Source of the DNA: a virus
Lineage: Duplodnaviria; Caudoviricetes
DNA: 61,943 bases
IMG/VR virus record: IMGVR_UViG_3300025120_000046
Coordinates: 1-61,943 of that record
Reading direction: 5' to 3' (one strand)
Shown here: piece by piece, positions 29,575-38,404 of the stretch
How positions within the stretch are numbered: the first letter of the stretch is position 1
Layout of the letters: each line of letters begins with the position of its first letter
Notes under the pieces: model-generated
The model's input: only the letters and a program-made list of their open reading frames with translations
The model's database searches: none
Told to the model about the DNA's origin: nothing
Position numbers and translations under genes: made by a program

Positions 29575-31618
29575 AGTAATAGCAGCATACGGAGGTGGTT
29601 TTAAACCACCAACAAGAGGTCATTTTGAAATAGTACAAAAAGCTCTTAATGAGTTTCCTGAAATAGATGAATTTTTTATTTATGTAGGGGGTAAAGAACG
29701 TAATGGTATTGATCAAGCTGAAGCTATTCAAGTTTGGGAAATATATAAAAAATATTTAGCTAATAAAATTGATATTCAACCTGCTAAACAACCAATTAAA
29801 AGTGTATTAGATTTAGCCAAAGAAAATCCTCAGGATATAGTATATTTTATTTTAGGTTATAGAGAAGGCAGAGAAGATGATACTCAAGATATAACAGATA
29901 GATCTAAGTTAGAAGAAAAATATCCAAATTTAATAGTAAAAACACTAGGAACTCCAGATCCAAATATGAGTGGAACTAATGCTAGAAAAGCAATAGCTGA
30001 TGAAGAAGAATTTATAAAATTTTTACCTGATGAAGTTGAAGAAAAATCTGAAATTTGGAATATAATAAGACCAGCAGTAAATGAAAATGACCCTAAAAAA
30101 GGTACAGGTAAAAAACCTGAAGGATCAAAACGTAGATTATACACAGATGAGGATCCAAAAGATACAGTAGGTATAAAATTTTCTACTAGACAAGATATAG
30201 TAGATACATTAGGTAAAGCATCTTTTAAAGCTAAATCACATGCTAGACAATCTCAAATTATTAATTTAATACACCAAAGAGTAAGAGCAGCGTATGGTAG
30301 AGCAAAAGATCCTGCTGTAAAAAAACGATTAAAAACTGGTTTAGATTATATTACAGATAAAAAAGAAGCATCTAAGAAAAAGACACAACGTTTAAAAAAT
30401 CAAAAAGAAAATATAGATCCTAAATCACAAAAGCAACATAAAGGTAAAGCAGCACCATTTGGCTCAGCATATAAACCATTAAGTGAAGAAATAGTAGGTA
30501 GTAAAATACACTGTAATAACTGTGATTGGAGTTGGGAGATTGAAGATGGTGGTGCTGATTTGTTTATTTGTCATAAATGTAATCATGATAATACTGAATA
30601 TATAGAAAGACAAAAGTTTACAATTAATGAAAATGCTACTTATACTAAAAAAATTAATTTAATAGATATTTTAGCAACTTTTACTCAACATATGTTAGAT
30701 ATAGGTATGAATATTTCTCCATTACCTAAGTTAGAATTTATAGATGGTGATAGTGAAAATGCTAGTCAATTTTTAGGCAAAACTGCGTATTACGACCCAA
30801 ATACCCAAACTATAGTACTATATACGGAAGGTAGACATCCTAAGGATATAACGCGTAGTTACGCGCATGAAATGGTACACCACATGCAAAATTTAGAAGA
30901 TAGATTAGGCAATATCCAAACAACAAATACACAAGAAGATGATAATTTAAATAATATTGAAGCTGAAGCTAATTTAAAAGGTACAATGACATTTAGAAAT
31001 TGGACTGATAGTTTAAATGAAGATAAATCTTATAAACATAAATTTGGATTTAATGATAAATTAGGTAAGGATCCATTTGGTTTAAATCAATTTGCTAGAG
31101 AAATAGCAACAGAAGTTGAAGACGTTATGAATAAAGAAAAAACAAGTTATAAAATATTTTCAGATATGGATGGTGTTTTAACAGATTTTGATAAATCATT
31201 TTTAAAATATTCAGAAGGAATACCACCAAGAGAATATGAAAAAACATATGGTAAAGAAAAATTTTGGGAATTAATTGATGGTAAAGGTAAAGTAGGATTT
31301 TGGGTAGGAATGCCTTGGATGGAAGATGGAAAACAATATTGGGATTATATTAAAAATTATGACACAGAACTACTATCTTCACCTTCAAGATCATCAACAT
31401 CTAGATTAGGTAAAAGATTATGGGTAAGAAATAATATGCCTGGAATTAAATTAACGTTAGCTCAAGCGGCTAAAAAACAAAATTATGCAGCACCTAATCA
31501 TATACTAATTGATGATAGACCTTCAAATATAGATCAATGGAGATCACAAGGTGGAATTGGTATATTACACACATCAGCTGCCGATACAATATCACAACTT
31601 AAAAAATTAGGATTATGA
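29567..31618 (+). CDS. Multidomain protein: cytidylyltransferase-like NTase + basic domain + Zn ribbon + HExxH zincin + HAD 5'-nucleotidase
   Basis: GGGFKPPTRGH and MSGTNAR; CNNC..CHKC; SYAHEMVHH; FSDMDGVLTDF and LIDDRPSNI. Confidence 0.75.
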   Translation: MGKVIAAYGGGFKPPTRGHFEIVQKALNEFPEIDEFFIYVGGKERNGIDQAEAIQVWEIYKKYLANKIDIQPAKQPIKSVLDLAKENPQDIVYFILGYREGREDDTQDITDRSKLEEKYPNLIVKTLGTPDPNMSGTNARKAIADEEEFIKFLPDEVEEKSEIWNIIRPAVNENDPKKGTGKKPEGSKRRLYTDEDPKDTVGIKFSTRQDIVDTLGKASFKAKSHARQSQIINLIHQRVRAAYGRAKDPAVKKRLKTGLDYITDKKEASKKKTQRLKNQKENIDPKSQKQHKGKAAPFGSAYKPLSEEIVGSKIHCNNCDWSWEIEDGGADLFICHKCNHDNTEYIERQKFTINENATYTKKINLIDILATFTQHMLDIGMNISPLPKLEFIDGDSENASQFLGKTAYYDPNTQTIVLYTEGRHPKDITRSYAHEMVHHMQNLEDRLGNIQTTNTQEDDNLNNIEAEANLKGTMTFRNWTDSLNEDKSYKHKFGFNDKLGKDPFGLNQFAREIATEVEDVMNKEKTSYKIFSDMDGVLTDFDKSFLKYSEGIPPREYEKTYGKEKFWELIDGKGKVGFWVGMPWMEDGKQYWDYIKNYDTELLSSPSRSSTSRLGKRLWVRNNMPGIKLTLAQAAKKQNYAAPNHILIDDRPSNIDQWRSQGGIGILHTSAADTISQLKKLGL

Positions 31619-31821
31619 GTACATTAAATGCAATAAATGGAGGTTATACAGGAGGTTCTCCTAGAGTAAGAAGTGAAAATGTTAAAGATTTTGCTCCCCA
31701 AGAACCAGTACAAAAAATATTAATAAATGATTTAGTAAAACAAATAAAAATATGGAAAGTTGATGGTAAGCTTACTTCAGAAGAAATACAAACAATAATT
31801 GCAGAATTAAAAAAAATATAG
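31615..31821 (+). CDS. Small hypothetical protein
   Basis: Overlapping operonic ORF. Confidence 0.55.
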   Translation: MSTLNAINGGYTGGSPRVRSENVKDFAPQEPVQKILINDLVKQIKIWKVDGKLTSEEIQTIIAELKKI

Positions 31822-31823
31822 TT

Positions 31824-32402
31824 ATGAGTAAAGTACAGGGGTTAAATAAAGAATTTACTGAAAAAGATGTAAAACGTATGCGTAATCTTATTCAAGGTAA
31901 ACACGGAGAAAAAGTAGGTCAAAGTGTAGGTTATGCTAAAAAAGATATACATTATAAAGAAGGTGATGTTTGGGAAATAGATGGCCGCAAATGGACTATT
32001 AAAAATGGTATTAAGCAAAACATAACAAAATTAGATAAAGCTAAAAAAGCTCATTTAATGCCTTTATTTTGTCCTAATTGTAGATCTAAAATGCATACTG
32101 ATATTGATAAACCATATTATAATATACATAAAAAATGTTTTAACTGTGTTGTTGAATTTGAGCATCATTTAAAAACATCAGGATTATATGAAGCTTATGT
32201 TAAAAAAATTAACAATGCTGACATTGATGGTGTTATAGAAGAATTTAAATTATTTATAGAATCCGAATTATCTATATCAAATAATTCATTTATTACAGAG
32301 CAAGGTGATGTTGAAAAATGGGTTGGTAGACCCAATGCCGAAAAAGTTTTAGAAGGTTTAGCTAAAACTATTAAACATTTAGAAAGTATCAAAAGTAAAT
32401 AA
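31824..32402 (+). CDS. Hypothetical Zn-finger protein
   Basis: CPNC...CFNC; GDVWEIDGRKWTIKNG. Confidence 0.6.
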   Translation: MSKVQGLNKEFTEKDVKRMRNLIQGKHGEKVGQSVGYAKKDIHYKEGDVWEIDGRKWTIKNGIKQNITKLDKAKKAHLMPLFCPNCRSKMHTDIDKPYYNIHKKCFNCVVEFEHHLKTSGLYEAYVKKINNADIDGVIEEFKLFIESELSISNNSFITEQGDVEKWVGRPNAEKVLEGLAKTIKHLESIKSK

Positions 32403-32431
32403 ATCTTTATATATTTATAAATAAAATTAAC

Positions 32432-33457
32432 ATGAGCAATTTCGATATTCATTCTTTTTTCAAAAATCAATATATAAACGAAGCGATTAATTCTAAACTT
32501 AATTCTAATGAAATGAGTAAAGAAGAAGATGCTAAAATATTAATATCTGCTGTAGAAGAAGCAGTTGGTGGGATTGATGATAGATTTGGATCAGGAGGAT
32601 ATAATGGTAGAGATGGATATTATTTAAGAGTATATGATTTAGAATATTGGGAAGATGAAGAAGTTGATGCTATTAAAAAAGCATTCGAAATGGCAAATAC
32701 CCAAACCGAAAAATATGATTTTGAATTTTATAGTGTAACTGATTATGATGAGGATCCAGGTGAAAGAACATACCCGGCTTCAATATCATTTTTTGCTGTG
32801 GAAAAACCAGTAAATGAAATAGATATGAATGATCCTGTTGTAATGAAAGCAAGAGCGGCTAAAATGGCTGATGAAAAAGAAATGGCTAGACAAGCATCAT
32901 TAGATAAAAAATATGGTTCTACATTCATGGATAAATTAGATGCTGAAATAAGTTTAAAACAAGAACTTCAAGATCTAAAAGACGAAAGAGAACAGCTAAT
33001 GATAGATATGGAGCAAGAAGCAGAACCAGAAGGAGGAGAAATAGCTGATAGATACGGTTCTAGACTTAATGACATTGATGCTAGAATGGCTGAAATAAAA
33101 CCTGAATTAGATGATTTAAGAATGTATGAATCAGTTAATGAAAGTTCTTCTTCTGAAGAAAAAAGAATTGCTATGCGTGCTATTAAAAGTATTGCTAAGT
33201 ATAGAGGTGTTAGTGAAGATGAAGCAAGAAACGATCTTATGAGAGCAGCTAAAGAATTAGGTAGTTTAAAAGAAGCAATACTAGATATTAAAGAAACTAT
33301 TGAATTAGGAAAAAATTTAAATGAAGAACTTTGCGCTAAAGGTAAAGCATATAGAAAACGTAGAATGGCTGCAGGTGAAAAATCATCAGCTTACTTATCA
33401 GGACGTGCTGTTAAAGTATGTAAAGGTCAAATGAGTGGTAGGAAAAAAAAGAAGTAA
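32432..33457 (+). CDS. Modular acidic protein with basic C-terminal domain (putative internal head protein)
   Basis: Late motif at 32412-32419; INE/VNE/LKE/LNE-bounded modules; C-terminal LCAKGKAY...AYLSGRAVKVCKG. Confidence 0.6.
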   Translation: MSNFDIHSFFKNQYINEAINSKLNSNEMSKEEDAKILISAVEEAVGGIDDRFGSGGYNGRDGYYLRVYDLEYWEDEEVDAIKKAFEMANTQTEKYDFEFYSVTDYDEDPGERTYPASISFFAVEKPVNEIDMNDPVVMKARAAKMADEKEMARQASLDKKYGSTFMDKLDAEISLKQELQDLKDEREQLMIDMEQEAEPEGGEIADRYGSRLNDIDARMAEIKPELDDLRMYESVNESSSSEEKRIAMRAIKSIAKYRGVSEDEARNDLMRAAKELGSLKEAILDIKETIELGKNLNEELCAKGKAYRKRRMAAGEKSSAYLSGRAVKVCKGQMSGRKKKK

Positions 33458-34098
33458 TGAATAACTTTGATTTAAAAAAATATTTATCTGAAGGTAAATT
33501 AACTGAAGATATTCCTGTAGAAGAAATGGAATCTTTTGCTGAAGGTAGAGGTGAAGGCGCAGAAACAATAGCTGACAATGCTAAAGAAAAAGGTGGTAAT
33601 TCAATGTTGACTTATCACCATTTTAAAGTTAAAGCACCTTATTATAAAAAAGCAACAGATGGTAATTTTGATAAAGATGAATTTACTGAAGATTATAAAG
33701 GATTTTTGGAAGAATTATATGAAAAAACTAAAGATGGTATGAACATTGAACCTATAGCTTTTCAAGAGATTATGGGTAAAATTGAAGTATTAGGTGAACT
33801 TTTAGTTGAAAATAAAGAACCATTAAATGAAGCAGAAGAAGACAGTAATATAGTCCCTGAAGCTGAATTAATTTTACCTAGAGGCAAAAAAGTAGTATTA
33901 CAAGCTGAAGACACAGATTATAAAAGAGGTTTAATAGTTGAACTACTAGACAATGGTGGTTATGAGATGGCCTACTGGTATGATAAACCAGATAAACCAT
34001 ACCCAGTTGAAATATTAGTTGATGGTCAAAGTATTAAGGAAGATGGTAAAATCGTTGAAATGAAATTTCACCCACAAGATTATTATGATAAACAATAG
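33457..34098 (+). CDS. Two-module acidic protein (putative internal head protein)
   Basis: Leader MNNFDLKKYLSE; LTE and LNE sites. Confidence 0.6.
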   Translation: MNNFDLKKYLSEGKLTEDIPVEEMESFAEGRGEGAETIADNAKEKGGNSMLTYHHFKVKAPYYKKATDGNFDKDEFTEDYKGFLEELYEKTKDGMNIEPIAFQEIMGKIEVLGELLVENKEPLNEAEEDSNIVPEAELILPRGKKVVLQAEDTDYKRGLIVELLDNGGYEMAYWYDKPDKPYPVEILVDGQSIKEDGKIVEMKFHPQDYYDKQ

Positions 34099-34104
34099 AT
34101 AATA

Positions 34105-34380
34105 ATGACTAGAGAAAGATTAGATGAAATAATACAAGAATCCCTACGTGACTGGTTTAAAAAAGAAAACTGGGTTCGCATCAATACTTCAGGTAATATT
34201 GCTGGTGATTGTGGTACTATGAAAAAAGGTAAAGCAACTACTAGATGTTTACCTAAGAAAAAAGCTCAATCTTTAACTAAAGCTGAGCGAAAAGCAACAG
34301 TTGCTAAAAAGGTTCGAGGAGATAAAAAAGGTAAACAATTCGTTAAAAATACAAAAAAAGCAGAATACAAGAAAAAATAA
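34105..34380 (+). CDS. Small basic protein (DUF5872-like)
   Basis: LRDWFKKENWV...CLPKKKAQSLTKAER..AKK after the leader MTRERLDEIIQE. Confidence 0.6.
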   Translation: MTRERLDEIIQESLRDWFKKENWVRINTSGNIAGDCGTMKKGKATTRCLPKKKAQSLTKAERKATVAKKVRGDKKGKQFVKNTKKAEYKKK

Positions 34381-34459
34381 CAATAATCACGTAAAAATAC
34401 GCGATTAGGAACTATTTCGATATATTTATAAATAAACCCAACTAAAATAAAAATTTAAA

Positions 34460-35155
34460 ATGAAAAAATCTGAATTAAAAGAAATTATAAAAGCATCATT
34501 TCTTGCTGAAGCTGAGGATTCCAAAAAAGGAAATAAAGAAGAGCAAAAGCGTATGGAAGGTGCTATCCGTGATGATAGAGATCATATAAAAGATCTTGAA
34601 AAAGACATTAAGGATAACGAAGAAAAATTAGCTAAACTTAAAAAAGACTTTAAAGATGACGTTTCTGAAGAAATGAAAAAAGATGATGTTGATGAAGCTA
34701 TGAGAGGTGGAGATGACGTTGATGAAGCTATGCGTAACAGATATGAAGATGATACAATGAGAGAAGCTGAAGAAGTTAATGTTGAAGATAATGAAGACAT
34801 TAATGTTGACGTTGAAGATGATATTGATATTGATGATGTATCTAAAAAATCAGAAATTGAAGTTGATTCTGAATTAGCAGGTGAAGATGCTGATGTAGCA
34901 GCTATATTAGGTCTTTTAACAAAAGCTCAAGCAAATGCTAAAGATTTAGGTGATGAAAAACTAATGGATCAAATCGGAAATACTATTACTTATTATACTA
35001 GAACTCATGTTGTTGCTGAAGAAATGAAAGATGATATGGATGAAGCTATGAGAGGTGATATGGATGAAGAAATGAAAGATGATAAAATGGAAGAAGCTAT
35101 TAATTTAGATGAATCATTATCAAGATTTAGAAAATTAGCAGGATTAGACAAATAA
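34460..35155 (+). CDS. Acidic scaffold-like protein (putative head core component)
   Basis: MKKSELKEII leader, DEAMR repeats, C-terminal RFRKLAGL like the scaffold's RFKKLAGI. Confidence 0.6.
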   Translation: MKKSELKEIIKASFLAEAEDSKKGNKEEQKRMEGAIRDDRDHIKDLEKDIKDNEEKLAKLKKDFKDDVSEEMKKDDVDEAMRGGDDVDEAMRNRYEDDTMREAEEVNVEDNEDINVDVEDDIDIDDVSKKSEIEVDSELAGEDADVAAILGLLTKAQANAKDLGDEKLMDQIGNTITYYTRTHVVAEEMKDDMDEAMRGDMDEEMKDDKMEEAINLDESLSRFRKLAGLDK

Positions 35156-35183
35156 AAAAGTTATTAAAATAAAATTTATAAAG

Positions 35184-35357
35184 ATGAATACTCAAGAACT
35201 ATTCGAAAGATTAGATGTTCTATTTGAAACATTTAAAGATGAGCATGGAAGTAAATCCAAAGCTGCTCATGGTCGTGCAAGAAAAGCATTAGGTGAAATT
35301 AAAAAACTTGTAACTGAATACAGAAAAGCATCTGTAGCAGAAGATAAAGCAAAATAA
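35184..35357 (+). CDS. Histone H1-like (Hc1-family) small protein, 57 aa (not in ORF track)
   Basis: MNTQELFERL...SKAAHGRARKALGEIKKLVTEYRKASV resembles the Bacteroidota Hc1 KAAGTRARKAS..L.K..KEFRK.S pattern. Confidence 0.75.
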   Translation: MNTQELFERLDVLFETFKDEHGSKSKAAHGRARKALGEIKKLVTEYRKASVAEDKAK

Positions 35358-35358
35358 A

Positions 35359-36912
35359 ATGGCGATAAACGAACGTAAACTGTCTAAAGACGAACTTAAA
35401 AAAAGGGAAGACATTATCATGAAAATGAAAGGTAACAAACGTGACCTTGTAAAAAAATATGGTAAAGATGCTGAAGCAGTAATGTACGGACGTGCCACTA
35501 ATATGGCTAAAAAAGCTACTGAAGAATCAAAAGATTCTAAATTAACTGAGTTAATTAAAGATGCTTTAAAAAATCCTAAAAAAGCTGATTTAGATAAAGA
35601 TGGTAAATTATCTGATTATGAAGAAGCAAGAGGAAAAGCTATTGAAAAATCAATAGAAAAGGATAAAGTAGAAGAAGTAATTCCGTTGGAGAAAGATTTT
35701 ACTTATGATTATGAAGATATAGGTCAATTTTATTTAGAGGGTTTTGGTAAACCATATTCATTAAATAATAGTGAATTAGAGATATTAGGTAAACAAATTG
35801 TTGATAGATTATATAAAGGAGATATTGGTAAAGCATATGATGATCTAGTAAAAAGAAGCAACGTAGATGAGGATTTAGATTTAGGTCATGAAGATAATGA
35901 GCCAGGTATGATTAAAGGTGATTTATATCAAATTGGTAAAGCATCTATGGAGTTATACAAAGTACTAGATCAATTTGATGATGCGGGTGAAGTAGATTTA
36001 CCTTCATGGTGGCAAAGTAAAATATTTAAGGCAAAAGAGGCTGTGGTTGGTGCTCAAGAATACCTTGAATTTGAACTTAAAGAACCACAAATTGATGCAA
36101 TAGTAGATGATGCTACCCTAGAAGAAATGGGCCAATTAGGCACAGATGATGATACAGGGTTTACTCCTAACTTATATACACCGAATGAAGTAGGCGATGA
36201 AGCAGTTCACCAAAGAGCAGCATCGGGGGCATTTGAAGAAAACTTAAATAAAGACAAAGACATGAAAGAACAAAGTAATGCAAATTCAAATTATGGATCA
36301 AATGATGGTTCAAATGAAAATTCAAATGATAACTTATCTTCATACTCAGGACTTAAAAAATTCGTAGCAGAAAAATTAGCTAAAGAATTAAAATCATCAG
36401 AAATTGATTTTGAAGAAGTTGAGGATGCAAATACAAGTGGTGTTGGTGATGGTTTAGCTGAAGATTTACTTAAAAAAGGTGGTAAAATATCTAAAGCATT
36501 AGAAGCATTAGAAAAAGCAGCGGCAGATGCTAAGATATCTGGTGATGCTGCAAAAGAATTATTTGCTAAATTTAAAAAAGAAATGGCACTAGCAGAACAA
36601 ATGCCTGGTGACCCAGAAAGGTTTGTTGGCTCAGGTGGTGATGAAATTGACTCAGATAACATTGATAATGTAACAGTTGATAGACCAGATAAAGATGCTG
36701 AAATAGGATTTGCATTAGATGAAGAAGAAACTAATGAATCTTTTGGTTCATTAGCTAAAAAAATTGACAAACAAAAAGGTAAAACTAAAAAAGATGCAGC
36801 TAACATAGCTGGATATATAGCTAATATTAAAAGAAAAGGTGGTGGGTCAGGTCCAACTACAAAACAAAAGAAAAGAATGGCTGAAACCGTTCTTAAACAA
36901 CTAAGAAAATAA
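35359..36912 (+). CDS. Modular polyprotein-like protein (putative internal head protein)
   Basis: Alternating basic and acidic modules separated by xxE sites; EF-hand-like DLDKDGKLSDYE. Confidence 0.6.
   Translation: MAINERKLSKDELKKREDIIMKMKGNKRDLVKKYGKDAEAVMYGRATNMAKKATEESKDSKLTELIKDALKNPKKADLDKDGKLSDYEEARGKAIEKSIEKDKVEEVIPLEKDFTYDYEDIGQFYLEGFGKPYSLNNSELEILGKQIVDRLYKGDIGKAYDDLVKRSNVDEDLDLGHEDNEPGMIKGDLYQIGKASMELYKVLDQFDDAGEVDLPSWWQSKIFKAKEAVVGAQEYLEFELKEPQIDAIVDDATLEEMGQLGTDDDTGFTPNLYTPNEVGDEAVHQRAASGAFEENLNKDKDMKEQSNANSNYGSNDGSNENSNDNLSSYSGLKKFVAEKLAKELKSSEIDFEEVEDANTSGVGDGLAEDLLKKGGKISKALEALEKAAADAKISGDAAKELFAKFKKEMALAEQMPGDPERFVGSGGDEIDSDNIDNVTVDRPDKDAEIGFALDEEETNESFGSLAKKIDKQKGKTKKDAANIAGYIANIKRKGGGSGPTTKQKKRMAETVLKQLRK
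36268..36363 (+). repeat. SNxx tetrapeptide (12-nt) repeat cassette, copy 1
   Basis: EQSNANSNYGSNDGSNENSNDNLSSYSGLKKF; homologous to 51728-51823. Confidence 0.8.
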
Positions 36913-36913
36913 C

Positions 36914-37360
36914 ATGACCAAAGCAGAACTAAGGGAAAAGATAAGATTACTCGTCCCAACTGTTGTTGGTAATAAAAAACAAGCTGAAGCAGCTGCAGTT
37001 GAGTACGACGAACTTACAAAATTCCCAGAATTAAAAGCAGTAATTGTTGACTTATTAACACATGAGTTTGACAATTTTCTTGCATCTATAGATTGGGTAG
37101 CTCCAAAACCTACTACGTTCAGAATTAATTTAAAAAACGATCAAGATTTTTATTTAATATATTCAAGAACAAGTTGGATAGCTCAAGTTGAAGGTAAAAA
37201 ATATTATTTACTTAATTTACCAGAAGAAGAAAGAGCTACTGAAGCAATTGCTCGTATATTAAGATATGGAACTGCATCATCAGGTGAAGCAGCTGATACT
37301 GATAGTGGTGGTGAAGATGTTGATGTTGAAGTAGATGATAACGTTGATATAGATGTATAA
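36914..37360 (+). CDS. Hypothetical protein
   Basis: Leader MTKAELREKIR; acidic tail. Confidence 0.6.
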   Translation: MTKAELREKIRLLVPTVVGNKKQAEAAAVEYDELTKFPELKAVIVDLLTHEFDNFLASIDWVAPKPTTFRINLKNDQDFYLIYSRTSWIAQVEGKKYYLLNLPEEERATEAIARILRYGTASSGEAADTDSGGEDVDVEVDDNVDIDV

Positions 37361-38395
37361 ATGGATAATATAACTAAATATTTAAATAGGATAGCATATA
37401 AATTTCCTAAAGGATATCCTGACATGAATAATGATCAGGATGTTTTGTTATTAGAATCACTTATTAGTAAGTTAGGTATTAATATTGGTGAAGATCAATT
37501 TATTCAAAAAATAAATGAAGATATTAAAGGTAAAGCAACTTTATTTGAAACAGCTTTAGTAAAAGCATGGTATGAATTAAAAGAAGAGGAAGTACCTGAG
37601 GGAAATGCCCCAACAAAAGATCTAGCAGCCTTAACTACTGAAATGGTTGAAGATGCAAAAAACATACTAAAACAAACAAAACTAACAGGTGGAAGCGAAG
37701 CATACCAGCTTGGATCTTCATCAGCAGGTTTAACATCATTTTGGAAAGATCATGGAGCTACAAATACAACACCAAAAACAGATATTGTAATAGATGGAAA
37801 AAAGATTTCATTAAAAGTAGGTCCATCTCAACTTATGTCAGGTGCTGGAAATGAATTAACAGCAACTTTTTATGCTGCTCTTAAAAATACACCTAATGTT
37901 AAAAAAGAAATAATAGATGATATTTCAAAATCTATTAAAGATGTATTTGTTAGAGGAACAACTAAACAAGGTAATGTAAGACAGGCTAAAAAAGAAGGTA
38001 ATGATGCCGTTTTAAACAAAGCTGTGGATGAAATGGGTATTTTAAAGGTTAAAATTGCTGATTTTTTAGAAAATAATAAAGATTTCCAAACAGCCTTTGC
38101 TTATGAAGCAGCAACGGGATCAGAAAAATTTGGAAATAATGATGGTACTGCTAATTATATATTATCGATTTCATCAAATTATAAAAATGGTGTATTAAAA
38201 CCAATAGATTTAGATTATGCTTCTAAAATAGCTAGTAAAATAAAGTTAGATATTAATATGAAATCTGGTTCTCAAAAAGTAAAGGGAATAAAAACAGGAA
38301 AATATAATTACTATACAGTTTTAAGAGCTGGATTAGCAGACTTATTCCAGGATGCTTCTGATGGTATAACTGTAGATAATGAAATAACCTTATAA
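37361..38395 (+). CDS. Putative PD-(D/E)XK (restriction-enzyme-fold) nuclease with N-terminal leader domain
   Basis: TPKTDIVIDGKKISLK motif; leader AYKFPKGYPDMNN...LLE, followed by an INE site. Confidence 0.45.
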   Translation: MDNITKYLNRIAYKFPKGYPDMNNDQDVLLLESLISKLGINIGEDQFIQKINEDIKGKATLFETALVKAWYELKEEEVPEGNAPTKDLAALTTEMVEDAKNILKQTKLTGGSEAYQLGSSSAGLTSFWKDHGATNTTPKTDIVIDGKKISLKVGPSQLMSGAGNELTATFYAALKNTPNVKKEIIDDISKSIKDVFVRGTTKQGNVRQAKKEGNDAVLNKAVDEMGILKVKIADFLENNKDFQTAFAYEAATGSEKFGNNDGTANYILSISSNYKNGVLKPIDLDYASKIASKIKLDINMKSGSQKVKGIKTGKYNYYTVLRAGLADLFQDASDGITVDNEITL

Positions 38396-38404
38396 TGAAA
38401 TAAT

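Noticed and set aside
34660-35100. GATGAAGCTATG and 12-nt TCAAATGA repeats as possible CRISPR or DGR repeats
   Set aside because: Short, in-frame coding repeats with no spacers; no cas gene or reverse transcriptase in the window.
36291-36959. 222-aa reverse-strand ORF and the other minus-strand ORFs in the track (e.g. 1450-1758, 24847-25188, 52740-53351)
   Set aside because: Antisense shadows of + strand genes (Ser/Phe/Leu-rich mirror of GAA/GAT/AAA codons), with no recognisable motifs or promoters.
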